From a virus (Duplodnaviria > Caudoviricetes): a stretch of DNA of 64,000 nucleotides. The stretch lies in the IMG/VR virus record IMGVR_UViG_3300037255_000025, positions 64,001 to 128,000 of that record; one strand, 5' to 3'. The position numbers and the translations under genes are program-made. Under the pieces are notes generated by a model. It did no database searches. It was not told where the DNA came from and saw only the letters and a list, made by a program, of their open reading frames with translations. Position 1 is the first letter of the stretch. Every line of letters starts with the position of its first letter. This document shows, one piece after another, positions 19,334 to 29,173 of this stretch.

Positions 19334-19965
19334 GCGTCATCGAGACCACGCCGGGGCCGCCGTACGCGGCGATCCAGGGCCTGCTGCCGGGTGACCGGGT
19401 GAGGTGCCGGGATTGGCGATATGGTCGTCTCGTAGACGGGACGCACGTGGGCTTCGTGGCCAAGACGCGGCTCGCGCGTGTTCGGCTCGTCGTGGGGCCA
19501 GCGGCGCGAGCCAAGGAGGCCGCTTACCTGCTCGAGGGCGAGGCGGGGGTGCCGCGCGAGCGAGACGTGACCTACAGCGACGCCCTGCACGGCCGTGCGC
19601 CGTGCTCGGTGTCGAGCCTGTCGCTGAGCGTCCTGCGGGACTTCTCCGTCGGCGTGCGCGGGTTCTCGTGTTCCGACGTCGTTGAGGTGTTGGACGGCGG
19701 CGGGACCAAGGGCCGGGTTGAGCGGCTCGCCGACATCATCCGTTGTAACGCCGCGGTTGATGCGACGCCGCAGCCGTCGTTCCTCCAGCCGGGCAAGCTC
19801 TTCGCTAGGCGAGGTTGCCCTGGTTGCTTGGCGTTCTGGCTCGACCAGAATGACTTCCTGGCGCCGCACGATCCTCGCTGTATTGGCGAGGTGCTGGTGC
19901 CGGAGCTGGCGGCGGCGCTCGAGGTGCTGGGCCACTACGGCCCGACGGGTGTGCTCGGTGGTTGA
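19330..19965 (+). CDS. Hypothetical protein
   Basis: ATGA overlap; MSVIETTPG... Confidence 0.65.
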   Translation: MSVIETTPGPPYAAIQGLLPGDRVRCRDWRYGRLVDGTHVGFVAKTRLARVRLVVGPAARAKEAAYLLEGEAGVPRERDVTYSDALHGRAPCSVSSLSLSVLRDFSVGVRGFSCSDVVEVLDGGGTKGRVERLADIIRCNAAVDATPQPSFLQPGKLFARRGCPGCLAFWLDQNDFLAPHDPRCIGEVLVPELAAALEVLGHYGPTGVLGG

Positions 19966-20212
19966 GGTCGGCGACTACGTGCGCGATGTGACCTTGGATC
20001 GGAAGACAGGTAAGGCGCTTCGGACTGGCTGGATGCGGGCCATATTACGCGTGGGAGCGCGGACATTCTCAACCGAATGCGCGACGTACCTCCTGGACGG
20101 GCGTCGGTCCCCGTTGAGGGTGTACGGGCAAGGGGCGACAGTGCACGTTGCCCGTCGGGTGCCCAACCACGAGGTCGCGGCCGCGATGCTTGAGCACGAG
20201 GCAGCTCGATGA
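19958..20212 (+). CDS. Hypothetical protein
   Basis: Overlaps both neighbours; VEVGDYVRD... Confidence 0.55.
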   Translation: MVEVGDYVRDVTLDRKTGKALRTGWMRAILRVGARTFSTECATYLLDGRRSPLRVYGQGATVHVARRVPNHEVAAAMLEHEAAR

Positions 20213-21126
20213 GTACCCGATCGGGCGACCGTGCGGTGCTCGAGGCGGTCGCGGGGAAGCGCCCTGGGCCCAGCGGGTGGGTCCGGGGCAACTGCCCGTC
20301 GTGCGAGACCCGCGTGGGCAAGGTCGACCGGCGGCAGTGCCTCGGGCTCAACGTCTACACCGCGCGCTGGGTTTGTCATCGGTGTGGTGACGGTGGCCGT
20401 ATCGGCCGCATGCCCGACGAGTGGAGTGACCTGGAAGCCCCCGCGCCCCGCGCCGCCTCGGGCCCGAAGCTGCCCACGATGGACCCGCCCGACGGGTTTT
20501 TTGAGCTGTTCAACGGCGACGGTGCTCGTTCGCGTTCGCTCGACCCCGCGCGGCACTACCTCACGCAGGTCCGGGGGTTGTCGCCGGAGGTCCTGCGTGA
20601 GGCCCGCGTGGGCGCGTGCGTCGCCGGGACCTTTGCCGGCCGGGTGGTCGTGCCGGTGTTCGGGGTCGAGCCCGACGAGGACACGGGGGAGCTTCCCTGG
20701 GTTGGCTACAGCACGCGACCCTGGGTCAAGAACTACACGGGAATGGGCTACCGGTACCCGCGGGGCATGCCGTTGGCGACGCTGCTGTACAACGCCGCAG
20801 TGCTCCAGGTCGAGACCGACGAGCCCGTGCTGGTCGTCGAGGGCGTGTTCGATGCCCACGCGTTGTGGCCTGACGCGGTCGCGGCCCTCGGCGGGACCAA
20901 GGAGGGGCACCGGGAGCAGTTCATGTCGGCGCGCCGACCCGTCGTGTTGCTACCAGACGGCGACGCTTGGCATAAAAGTTGGCTTTTCTCAATGCAGCTC
21001 CGCTTCGAGGGGCAGCGCGCGGGGCTGGTGAAGCTCCCGCCCAAGCGGGACCCCGATGAGGTCCCGGTCGACGTGTTGCGCGCGGCCGCGCGCGAGTCAC
21101 TTGATCGAGACTGGGTTGCGGTGTGA
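20209..21126 (+). CDS. DNA primase (Zn finger + TOPRIM)
   Basis: NCPSC...CHRC, GRVVVPV, VVEGVFDA, LPDGDA, KRDPDE. Confidence 0.92.
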   Translation: MSTRSGDRAVLEAVAGKRPGPSGWVRGNCPSCETRVGKVDRRQCLGLNVYTARWVCHRCGDGGRIGRMPDEWSDLEAPAPRAASGPKLPTMDPPDGFFELFNGDGARSRSLDPARHYLTQVRGLSPEVLREARVGACVAGTFAGRVVVPVFGVEPDEDTGELPWVGYSTRPWVKNYTGMGYRYPRGMPLATLLYNAAVLQVETDEPVLVVEGVFDAHALWPDAVAALGGTKEGHREQFMSARRPVVLLPDGDAWHKSWLFSMQLRFEGQRAGLVKLPPKRDPDEVPVDVLRAAARESLDRDWVAV

Positions 21127-21295
21127 TCGATCGGGATCTCAACGCTGCCATCAACTTGAAAGATTTGGCCGGGAGTTCCCCGGTGTCAGCCTGTCGCCCT
21201 GGAGGCTCTGGTGCTGCTCTTACGAGCGGTACGAAACCTCTGGTTGGGCAGGAACCGAACCAGGTATCAGCTTGCTGAACCTACCTCGGAGGACG
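21123..21295 (+). ncRNA. Orphan TnpB omegaRNA scaffold / tnpB 3'-end remnant
   Basis: 21123-21261 matches 49833-49971 at 133/139 nt, then a different hairpin and the same CGGAG(A/G)ACG terminus. Confidence 0.8.
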
Positions 21296-21341
21296 TAAGG
21301 GTCGCGGCGGGACGAAACGAACGAAAGGGTCGAGGTACGAG

Positions 21342-22331
21342 ATGCGGACGATTACGTGGACGGGTACGGCGGTGATCTTGGGTGTGGAGCGGCCCGTGGC
21401 GTTCCAGGGGCTTGGTTTGGCGCCCGGCGTGGCGGGAGGTACGTCGCCGTTGATGCTGGCCATCGGTGGGCTGTCGTCCGAAGAGGGTGCGGCGATCGTC
21501 GCCGCACTCGAGAAGATCCAGCCCGCGGAAGGGACGAAGACCTACAACTTCCGCGTCGAGATCCCTGGCGCCAAGCTGGACCAGACGCCCGTCATCCCCG
21601 GCGACGCACACAGGTCGTGGTGGGACGAGACGCCGAAGCCCGCCCCGGCTGCGGCGAAGCCGGCCGCGCCCGCTGCGACGACTCCGCCGGTCAAGACCGC
21701 GGTCCCCGCGACGGCCGCGGCGCAGCAGGCTGCACCCAAGCCGGCACCCGCGGCCGTCGCCCAGGCGCGCCCCGCCTCGACGCTAGCGGCCGTCGCTACG
21801 GCTGCGCCTCTCCCTGCCGCGAGGCCCGCGGCGGCTCCTGCGCCCGTGACAGTAAACCGGCCTGCGCCTGCTGCGAAGCCTGCCGCGGCGAAGCCTGCAC
21901 CCGCGGCAGCGGCTCCGCCGGCCGCGACTCGCCCGAAGCCCGCCGCGGCCCCCGCGCCGGTCGCGGCAATCGACCCGGCCGGACCCGACGAGGACGAAGA
22001 GGAGGCGCCCGAGGAACCCGATGGGACTGAGCCCGCGGCGGCGTCGGTTGACGACGATCCGGTGGGCTTGTCCTCGACGCCGATCCCGCCAGAGCTATTG
22101 GCGGCGAACGCAATGCTCCGGGCGGTGGTGGTCTGGGTCATTCAGCACATGATCGACACGACGGGTGAGCACCCCACGGAGGACCAGATCATCGCGGGCA
22201 TCGAGGCCCTCCGGGGCAAGGTCCCGCTGGTGACGCGGACGGTTGCCGCGGACCTCGCGCGCCGTGTCCCGCTGGTTCTTCAGGTCATCGGCAACCTGGG
22301 CCCGGCGCCCCGCGCGGACGCCGCGCAGTAA
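21342..22331 (+). CDS. Ala/Pro-rich hypothetical protein
   Basis: GAGG RBS; PAAA repeats; acidic patch. Confidence 0.75.
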   Translation: MRTITWTGTAVILGVERPVAFQGLGLAPGVAGGTSPLMLAIGGLSSEEGAAIVAALEKIQPAEGTKTYNFRVEIPGAKLDQTPVIPGDAHRSWWDETPKPAPAAAKPAAPAATTPPVKTAVPATAAAQQAAPKPAPAAVAQARPASTLAAVATAAPLPAARPAAAPAPVTVNRPAPAAKPAAAKPAPAAAAPPAATRPKPAAAPAPVAAIDPAGPDEDEEEAPEEPDGTEPAAASVDDDPVGLSSTPIPPELLAANAMLRAVVVWVIQHMIDTTGEHPTEDQIIAGIEALRGKVPLVTRTVAADLARRVPLVLQVIGNLGPAPRADAAQ

Positions 22332-22336
22332 CGCCC

Positions 22337-25300
22337 ATGCGCGACCTCCCGCTGTATTCTGCCTTGCCGGTCGCGGCCATCGAGGCGGAGCCGTCGCTCG
22401 ACCCCGACGACCGGTGCACCCGGTGCGAGCTGTCGGGGCTCCGCCGGGCGACGGATCCGGAGACCGGGGAGGAGCGGGTTGAGCCTCGCGATGCGAAGCG
22501 GCCCGGCCGCGTTTGTTTGGGTTCGGACGGGGGCAAGAACCCCCGTCCGGGCGGTGTCTTGGTCGTGGTCGATACGGTGACGCAGGACGACGACCGGCCC
22601 CACCCGGCCGGTCGCGTGTTGTCTGGCGTTGCTGGCCACATGGTCCGCCCGTTGGTGTCGAGGTGGTATCCCGGGCCCGTGACGTACGCGGCGGCGACGC
22701 GGTGCCGGCCCTTTCACAAGCTCGCGGTCGAGCACGTGGAGGCCTGTCGCGGCTACATGGCCCGGACGCTGGAGGATGTCCGGCCGGAGCGCATTATCGC
22801 GATGGGGTCGCTCGCGGCGCGCTCGATCCTGGGTCGGTCGGTCCAGCCGAACAACGTCCGCACCGGGTACGCGTACTTGCTCGCCGGGCGCTACCGCGAC
22901 CGACCCATCCCGGTCTACTTCGTCGGAGCGCCCAAGGGCGCGGTAGACAACCGGTTCCTGAAGACCCTGCTTGAACAGGACATCGAGTACGCGTTGACGC
23001 GGCCGCCGCCGCCGTTGCCACCCCTCGACGCGGTCGTGCGCGTGGTCGAGACCGCGGAGGACGCCGAGGCCGCGGTGGCGGAGATGAGCGCCGCGCCCTG
23101 GTGCTCGGTAGACGTGGAGAGCGCGGGGCAGTTGTTTGACCCGTCGTTCCGGCTTCTGTGCGTGACCGCGACCCCGGAGCGAGAAGACGAAGCCTTGTCG
23201 GAGGATACGTGGACGTGGGACGAGGCCGCGTTGGCGAACCCGGCGACGCGCGCGCCCCTGGCGCGTTACCTTGCGGACCCTCGCGCACGAAAGTGCGGCG
23301 CGAATGTCAAATTCGACCGGTCGGCGCTTGTGACGAATGGGTTCGCGGTCGCGGGGGTCGACGGCGACGTGCGGCTGTGGCGCAAGTTGCTCGAGGCCGA
23401 GGCGCCCGCCGACCTCGCGACGATGGTTGAGTTGGTCGGGATGGGCGGCATGAAGGACGAGCAGAAGTTGGCCGAGGCCCCGGCGGTCGACCGGATCACG
23501 TTCGGCGTCCACACGGAGCGCCGGTTGGCGAAGGCGAAGGAAGCCGACAAGAAGGTTGGCAAGCTGTCCGCCAAGGCCGCGGACGGGCTCGCGGCGCTCG
23601 CCGACCTCGACGCGCGTCTCCCGCACATCGCCGCGCTCGTTCGGGACGCGGGCGTTGAGTCGGGCGCTTGGGCCAAGGCGGTCGTACCGGACGACACGCT
23701 GCTCGCGTACAACGGTCGAGACGGTGTGGGGACGCGGCGTCTGTTGGCGCGGCTTCCGCGTGACCTAGCGATCAATCCACAGATCGACCGTATCCGGCGG
23801 CTCGTCGTAGACCGTGCCGCGCGCGCTGTGGCTCGGCTTGAGGAGTGGGGGGTCCCGGTCGACATGAACGCGCTCCGAGCCTTCGACGCGCACTGCACGC
23901 TATCGTTGCGCGTGACGCGTGAGAGGCTCGATGCGGAGGTGGGCGTGGATCTCAACCCCGGGTCGCCGCAGCAGCTAGCCGAGTTGTTGTATCGAAAGCT
24001 TGGGTTCAAGCCGACCAAGCTCACCGCGGGCGGACAGCCATCGGTCGACGAAGAGGTCTTGGAGAAGCTGCGCGGTAAGCACCCGGTGGTGGACCTCGTG
24101 CTGGATCACCGAAAGTACGCAGGACTGCGCTCTAAGTACGCAGGAGGCATGATCCCGCATGTCCGACCTGACGGCCGCGTTCATTGCTCGATTCTACTCG
24201 ATGGAGCAGCGTCGGGTCGTGCGTCTATCAAGGATCCCCCGCTACAGCAGATCCCTAGCAATAAGCGCGACCCTTTGTACGGCAAGATGGCGCGCGACGT
24301 CTTCGCGCCTGTGTTTGGTTTCCTTTTCCTACAGGCCGACTACAAGCAAGCAGAGTTCCGGGTGGCCGCGATGTTGTCTCAGGATCCTGTCATGATGGCT
24401 GACATCGCGGCGGGGTTGGACCCACATCTGGCGACGGCGAAGTTCATCTCGCGCGTGGCTTGGGGTATCTCGCCCGACGAGGTCACGGACGAGCACCGAT
24501 CCCAGACAAAGTCTGTTGTCTTCGGCGTGTTGTACGGGAAAACAGCGGGGTCTCTTGCCGCGATGTTCGGTTGTTCGAGAGAACAGGCGCAGAAGATCGT
24601 GGATGCCGTAATGGGCCGCTACAAGGTCCTGGCCCGGTGGATCAAGACGAACCTCCGAGAGGCTCAGAATACTGGGTATGTCTGGACTCAGTGGGCAGGA
24701 GAGCCCGCGCGTCGTCGGCCGCTGTTCGACCTTGGCCTGCGCGGCGATCAGAACGAGGGGCGGCGAGTTCACGCGGCTAACGCCGCCACCAACTGCCTCG
24801 ACGCCGAGACGGAGGCGCTTACGCGTCGCGGTTGGGTCCGCGGGTTTGATCTCCGTCCCGACGACGTCATCTTGACCAAAAACGCTGCGACCGGCGCGTT
24901 GGAATGGGAGACCATGACCGACCTTCGCCTCTTTCCCGACTATGAGGGCCCCGTTGTTGAATTCAAGTCGAGGAGCTTCAGCGCGGTTTCCACCCCCAAC
25001 CACCGATGGCTCGTTGAGACCAAGTCGCGCCAGCCTGGGCGTCGAACGTGCGAGCGGACTACTCGTACGCTCTCTCCGTGGGGAGATGACCGCATCCACC
25101 GGACGGGCGAGTACCGCCCCGACGTCGACAGCGTCTTGACGCCGGACGAAGCGGAGCTTCTTGGGTGGTTCGTCACGGACGGTTCGATCAGGAAGGCCCA
25201 TACGGTCGCTGGAAAGCAGAAGAACCGCAGGTATTCCACGACGAGCGCGAGGGCGCTCATCCACCAGAGCGGGACCGCGAACGCGGCTAACTGCTCCCGC

Positions 25301-26104
25301 ATCGACGCGCTTCTAGCTCGCGCGGCTCCCAGCGAAACTACTCGTAGGTCGCTGAAGAATGGGATGGTCGTGTGGAACCTCGGTCGTCGCCTATCGACGC
25401 TTCTTATTGGGCTATGCCCAACAAGGACTCTCATGTTGGGGGCCATGCTCCGCCTCAATCGGCCCGCGCTTGACCGGCTGCACGAGGCAATGGTCCTTGG
25501 CGACCGGCATAAGCGGGGCATCTGCACGGGTCGGCGCGAGCAGGCCGAGGCGTTTCAGATCCTCTGTACACTCACCGGCGCGCACGCGTCCGTTACGTAC
25601 CGAGACATGAGCCGATACAAGCTAAAGAAGTACCCAAGCATGGGGAACATCCCCGTGACCGAGGGGTGCTGGTTGTCGGACACGTTGAACCGGAAGACTG
25701 TCCAGGTCACTGCGGGCCAGCGCCGCGAGGTCGTGGCGCGCGTCCCGGTGTGGTGCCCTGTCGTGCCTAACACGTTCTTCGTCGCGCGCCGGAGTGACCA
25801 CGTGTTCATCACGGGAAACTCGCCCATTCAAGGAGGGGCGAACGAGTTCCAGCTCGCGAGCCTCGTAGAGGCCGTCGAGTGGATCGAGGTTGAGGGCATC
25901 GAGCGGGACGTGAAGCTCCTGCTGCCCGTTCACGATTCGCTCCTGTTCGAGGTAAGAGCCGATATGGTGAACGACGTTGCCAGGAAAGTGCGTCAGATCA
26001 TGACGAGCCACGATAGCGGTGGCGTCGCGATGGATGTTGACTGTGAAGTTGGGCCCGCGTGGGGCTCGCTCTCGAAGTGGAAGGACCCCGATGTTGTCGC
26101 GTGA
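22337..26104 (+). CDS. polA: Family A DNA polymerase with N-terminal UDG-like domain, 3'-5' exonuclease and an intein
   Basis: CTRCEL...TRCRP...ACR (UDG family 4-like); VDVES, NVKFD, YNGRD exonuclease motifs; ADYKQAEFR, RSQTKSVVFGVLYG, N|SPIQG, VHDSL. Confidence 0.95.
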   Translation: MRDLPLYSALPVAAIEAEPSLDPDDRCTRCELSGLRRATDPETGEERVEPRDAKRPGRVCLGSDGGKNPRPGGVLVVVDTVTQDDDRPHPAGRVLSGVAGHMVRPLVSRWYPGPVTYAAATRCRPFHKLAVEHVEACRGYMARTLEDVRPERIIAMGSLAARSILGRSVQPNNVRTGYAYLLAGRYRDRPIPVYFVGAPKGAVDNRFLKTLLEQDIEYALTRPPPPLPPLDAVVRVVETAEDAEAAVAEMSAAPWCSVDVESAGQLFDPSFRLLCVTATPEREDEALSEDTWTWDEAALANPATRAPLARYLADPRARKCGANVKFDRSALVTNGFAVAGVDGDVRLWRKLLEAEAPADLATMVELVGMGGMKDEQKLAEAPAVDRITFGVHTERRLAKAKEADKKVGKLSAKAADGLAALADLDARLPHIAALVRDAGVESGAWAKAVVPDDTLLAYNGRDGVGTRRLLARLPRDLAINPQIDRIRRLVVDRAARAVARLEEWGVPVDMNALRAFDAHCTLSLRVTRERLDAEVGVDLNPGSPQQLAELLYRKLGFKPTKLTAGGQPSVDEEVLEKLRGKHPVVDLVLDHRKYAGLRSKYAGGMIPHVRPDGRVHCSILLDGAASGRASIKDPPLQQIPSNKRDPLYGKMARDVFAPVFGFLFLQADYKQAEFRVAAMLSQDPVMMADIAAGLDPHLATAKFISRVAWGISPDEVTDEHRSQTKSVVFGVLYGKTAGSLAAMFGCSREQAQKIVDAVMGRYKVLARWIKTNLREAQNTGYVWTQWAGEPARRRPLFDLGLRGDQNEGRRVHAANAATNCLDAETEALTRRGWVRGFDLRPDDVILTKNAATGALEWETMTDLRLFPDYEGPVVEFKSRSFSAVSTPNHRWLVETKSRQPGRRTCERTTRTLSPWGDDRIHRTGEYRPDVDSVLTPDEAELLGWFVTDGSIRKAHTVAGKQKNRRYSTTSARALIHQSGTANAANCSRIDALLARAAPSETTRRSLKNGMVVWNLGRRLSTLLIGLCPTRTLMLGAMLRLNRPALDRLHEAMVLGDRHKRGICTGRREQAEAFQILCTLTGAHASVTYRDMSRYKLKKYPSMGNIPVTEGCWLSDTLNRKTVQVTAGQRREVVARVPVWCPVVPNTFFVARRSDHVFITGNSPIQGGANEFQLASLVEAVEWIEVEGIERDVKLLLPVHDSLLFEVRADMVNDVARKVRQIMTSHDSGGVAMDVDCEVGPAWGSLSKWKDPDVVA
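24794..25819 (+). mobile_element. Intein (342 aa) with degenerate LAGLIDADG endonuclease in PolA
   Basis: CLDAETE...TPNHRW...LLGWFVTDGS...VWCPVVPNTFFVARR...ITGN|S. Confidence 0.93.
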
Positions 26105-26303
26105 CCCGTACCAACCGAGCGCCGAGCGCATCGCGCTCGTGGACGCGCTGCGCGCGACCTTGATGCGGCTGCTCCCGGCCCTCGGGCCGTCCGCGGCCGA
26201 CGCGGGGGCATGCTTCCTGGTGCGCCGCCTCATCGTGGACAACCGCCGCACCGCACGCACGGTACGGAACGAGCGCGTCGCGTACGAAGGAGCTGTCTCA
26301 TGA
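26091..26303 (+). CDS. Small hypothetical protein
   Basis: AAGGA RBS; overlaps both neighbours. Confidence 0.5.
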   Translation: MLSRDPYQPSAERIALVDALRATLMRLLPALGPSAADAGACFLVRRLIVDNRRTARTVRNERVAYEGAVS

Positions 26304-26845
26304 GCGAGGCCGACGAATACCTCGCCGCCGCGGGCGATTACGGCAGCGAGCACCTGGCGCTCGATCCCGAGGCGCTCGACCCCGAGCCGGACGCTGGAGA
26401 GACCCAGATCCTGGAGGAGGAACTGGCGATCCGCGATCGGCTCCGGGTCGACCCGAGCAGCCTCGACGACGACCTCGCGCGGTGCGCCGGGGACATCGCG
26501 TACGCCGGCAGTCGGCAGGCGCGCGCGACGCTCCAGCAAGGCCGCGCGAAGATTCGGGCCAAGAAGACCAGGGCGATCGTCTATCTCCAATGCAAGGAAA
26601 CCGCGACCGACACGTACGGAGCCCGCGGCGCGACCGTCGACGTGATCAACGCCCTGGTGGACCAAGACCCCCGGTACCTCGACGCCGCCGAGGACGAGGT
26701 CGTGGCGGACGCGACGCTCACGGTGGCCAAGACCAACGTACAGGCCGCGTTGGCTCGCAAGGACATGGTGGTCCAGGTCGCGTCGTCCCTGCGCGCCGAG
26801 ATCGCGCGCGACGGTTACGTCGTGGAACGCCCGAAAAGAGCATAA
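26300..26845 (+). CDS. UvsY-like recombination mediator (helical)
   Basis: LRVDPSSLDDDL...INALVDQDPRY...RKDMVVQVASSLRAE; adjacent to SSB. Confidence 0.6.
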   Translation: MSEADEYLAAAGDYGSEHLALDPEALDPEPDAGETQILEEELAIRDRLRVDPSSLDDDLARCAGDIAYAGSRQARATLQQGRAKIRAKKTRAIVYLQCKETATDTYGARGATVDVINALVDQDPRYLDAAEDEVVADATLTVAKTNVQAALARKDMVVQVASSLRAEIARDGYVVERPKRA

Positions 26846-26956
26846 CGCGCTACCAAACGAGCCCAACATCAACTACAGTTTTCCTCGCGGTCGGGCCCTC
26901 GGGCTCCTCTCGCAAACTCGTCTGAATCTGCAACCGCTAACGAAAGAAGCAACGTC

Positions 26957-27859
26957 ATGCCTACGTCGAATCAACGCACCGCGGCCCCGAAGTCGAGCTT
27001 GCTCGACTACGAGGAGTGGAAGCCCGAAGACGCCATCGGGAGCGCCCAGGAAGTCGCGGCGGCTTCCGAGTCGGGCAACTTCTGGAAGCCCAAGGCGGGC
27101 GAGAACGTCATCCGGATCCTGCCCGGGCGGCGGGACCTCCATCGCACGCCGCTCGTGCCGACCTGGAGCCATTATGTTGAGATCGCCGGGGAGGAGCGGG
27201 GCGTTTCGTTCCTATGCCCGAGAAAGCACAAGGCTGGACACGCGTGCCCGGGGTGCATGCGGCTCGAGGAGCTTCGCGGCACGGGCAACCCCGCGGATTA
27301 CAAGGCCGCGGCCAGCTTCCTCCCCAAGCTGCGCGTCTACGCGAACGTCATCGACCGGCGCGATCCCGGTGTCGGGCCCCAGACGTTCGCGTTCGGCAAG
27401 ACCGTGTACGACCCGCTGATGTCTTACCGGTCTTCGGACCCCGCGATCGACATCCCGTTCACGAACCCGGACGACACCGGCTGCGACGTCGTGATCGTGA
27501 AGAAGGGCGAGGGCAAGCAGACCGAGTACAGCGTCCGGCTGGCCAAGGCGTTCAGCGCGCTGTCGCACGACGACGAGCAGGCGCTGGCGTGGCTCGAGGC
27601 CATGCGGGACCTGCGCAAGGAGACCCGGATCCTGTCGACCCAGGACATCTGGGCGAAGCTCACCGGGGACGATGGCGGCGGTCAGGGTCACGGCGGCGGT
27701 CGCCCCGCACCCGCGGGGGGTCGCGCTCTCGGTGGCGGCGGTCGTCCGGCGGCCGCGGGCGGGTCGGCCGTCCGGGGCGTGGGTGTCGCGCGCCCGCGGT
27801 CGGTCTCGGACGACATGGGGTACGGCCCCGCGGACGAGGAACTCGACCCCGCGGATTGA
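26957..27859 (+). CDS. gp32-like single-stranded DNA-binding protein
   Basis: FWKPKAGENVIRILP, HY, CP...CPGC, YANVIDR, FGKTVY, TEYSV, acidic tail. Confidence 0.85.
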   Translation: MPTSNQRTAAPKSSLLDYEEWKPEDAIGSAQEVAAASESGNFWKPKAGENVIRILPGRRDLHRTPLVPTWSHYVEIAGEERGVSFLCPRKHKAGHACPGCMRLEELRGTGNPADYKAAASFLPKLRVYANVIDRRDPGVGPQTFAFGKTVYDPLMSYRSSDPAIDIPFTNPDDTGCDVVIVKKGEGKQTEYSVRLAKAFSALSHDDEQALAWLEAMRDLRKETRILSTQDIWAKLTGDDGGGQGHGGGRPAPAGGRALGGGGRPAAAGGSAVRGVGVARPRSVSDDMGYGPADEELDPAD

Positions 27860-28037
27860 GAAGCTTGGTGGGCAGGCCCGGGTAAGAGCCGGGCCCGTCC
27901 TTTGGTGAAACGCCGACCAAGGCGTCCCGTCTGGGTGCGCGCGCCCGTTGCTCTCCTCTTGCCAGACGGAGCGACGGGCGCATCCCTTCCCGCACCTCGG
28001 CGGGCGCCGCCAGCGGTCTTGCAAGGAGTGTTGAAGC

Positions 28038-29159
28038 GTGAAAGTTGCTCTCGTAGCGGACTGCCACGTGGCCTCGCACAAGCGGCTTGGCGGCGACCGC
28101 GTCGCGAGCCTGAACGAGCGCTGTCGGCGCACGCTCGACGTCTTCACGCGAGCGGTCGAGCGTAGCCTTGAACTGGACTGCGCGGCCTTCGTCGTGCTGG
28201 GTGACCTTCTGGACTCGCAGCGGCCGGAGCCGCAGATCCTCGCGGCGATCCAGACCGCGCTCGCGCCCGCGAAGGCCGCGGGCATGGCGGTCTACCTCCT
28301 GGTGGGCAATCACGACCAGGTGAGCGACCAGCCGGGGGACCACGCGCTCGGCCCCCTCGCGCCGTTCGCGACGATCGTGGACCGTCCGACGATCATTCAT
28401 GTGGACGGCCGTGCGCGCCCCTCGGGCTTGCTCGGTCTCGTCCCCTTCCGGACGGGCGCCGCGGATGCTTGGCTGCCCGAGACGCTACAGGGCTTCAACG
28501 CGCGCGTAGGCTCAACGAAGGCGCACCGGCTCTTGGGCGTTCACCTCGGCGTACGGGACAGCGCGACCGCGCCCTGGTTGAAGACCTCGACGGACGCGAT
28601 TGACGTTGAGGTCTTGGCCGCGGCGGCGCGGGACGCAGGGTTTGGATCGGTCGCGGCGGGCAACTGGCACAACCGGCGTAGCTGGACCGTCGATGGCGTC
28701 GAAGTGCTTCAGGTCGGCGCGCTGGTGCCTACGGGGTGGGACAACCCCAACGTGGCCCCGTACGGGTCTGACCCGTACGGGACGCTGGCGGTCTGGGAGG
28801 ACGGCGTGTTCTCGAACGAGGTGCTGCCGGGCCCGCGGTTTGTCCTGACGGACGCCGCGGGGCTCTCCGAAGCCGTGCGTTGGGCCGAGCAGCGCGGCCA
28901 TACCCTCTACGCGCAGGTCAAGGCGCCGCCCGAGAGCCTCGCGGCCGCGGTCGCGGCGCTCGAGGCATCGGGGGTCGCGGGTGAGGTCGTGGTCGATGGT
29001 AAGGCCGTGGAGGCGAAGGCACGCGAGGCCGCGGAGGCCGCGAGCAGCTCCAAGACCGTCGAGGCCGCGTTGGCCGCGTATCTCGACCGGTTTCCTTTGG
29101 AGCCCGGGGTAAGTAAGGAAGCGCTGGACGAAGCCGTGCGCGGCTACCTCGCGCGCTGA
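28038..29159 (+). CDS. sbcD: SbcD/Mre11-like metallophosphoesterase nuclease
   Basis: ADCH, LGDLLD, VGNHD, GNWH. Confidence 0.9.
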   Translation: MKVALVADCHVASHKRLGGDRVASLNERCRRTLDVFTRAVERSLELDCAAFVVLGDLLDSQRPEPQILAAIQTALAPAKAAGMAVYLLVGNHDQVSDQPGDHALGPLAPFATIVDRPTIIHVDGRARPSGLLGLVPFRTGAADAWLPETLQGFNARVGSTKAHRLLGVHLGVRDSATAPWLKTSTDAIDVEVLAAAARDAGFGSVAAGNWHNRRSWTVDGVEVLQVGALVPTGWDNPNVAPYGSDPYGTLAVWEDGVFSNEVLPGPRFVLTDAAGLSEAVRWAEQRGHTLYAQVKAPPESLAAAVAALEASGVAGEVVVDGKAVEAKAREAAEAASSSKTVEAALAAYLDRFPLEPGVSKEALDEAVRGYLAR

Positions 29160-29173
29160 AAGGGTCAACGACG

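Noticed and set aside
19312-21634. 18-nt match GTGGTGGGACGAGACGCC (WWDETP) in the MTase end and the 21342 gene
   Set aside because: Single short GC-rich match with no supporting context
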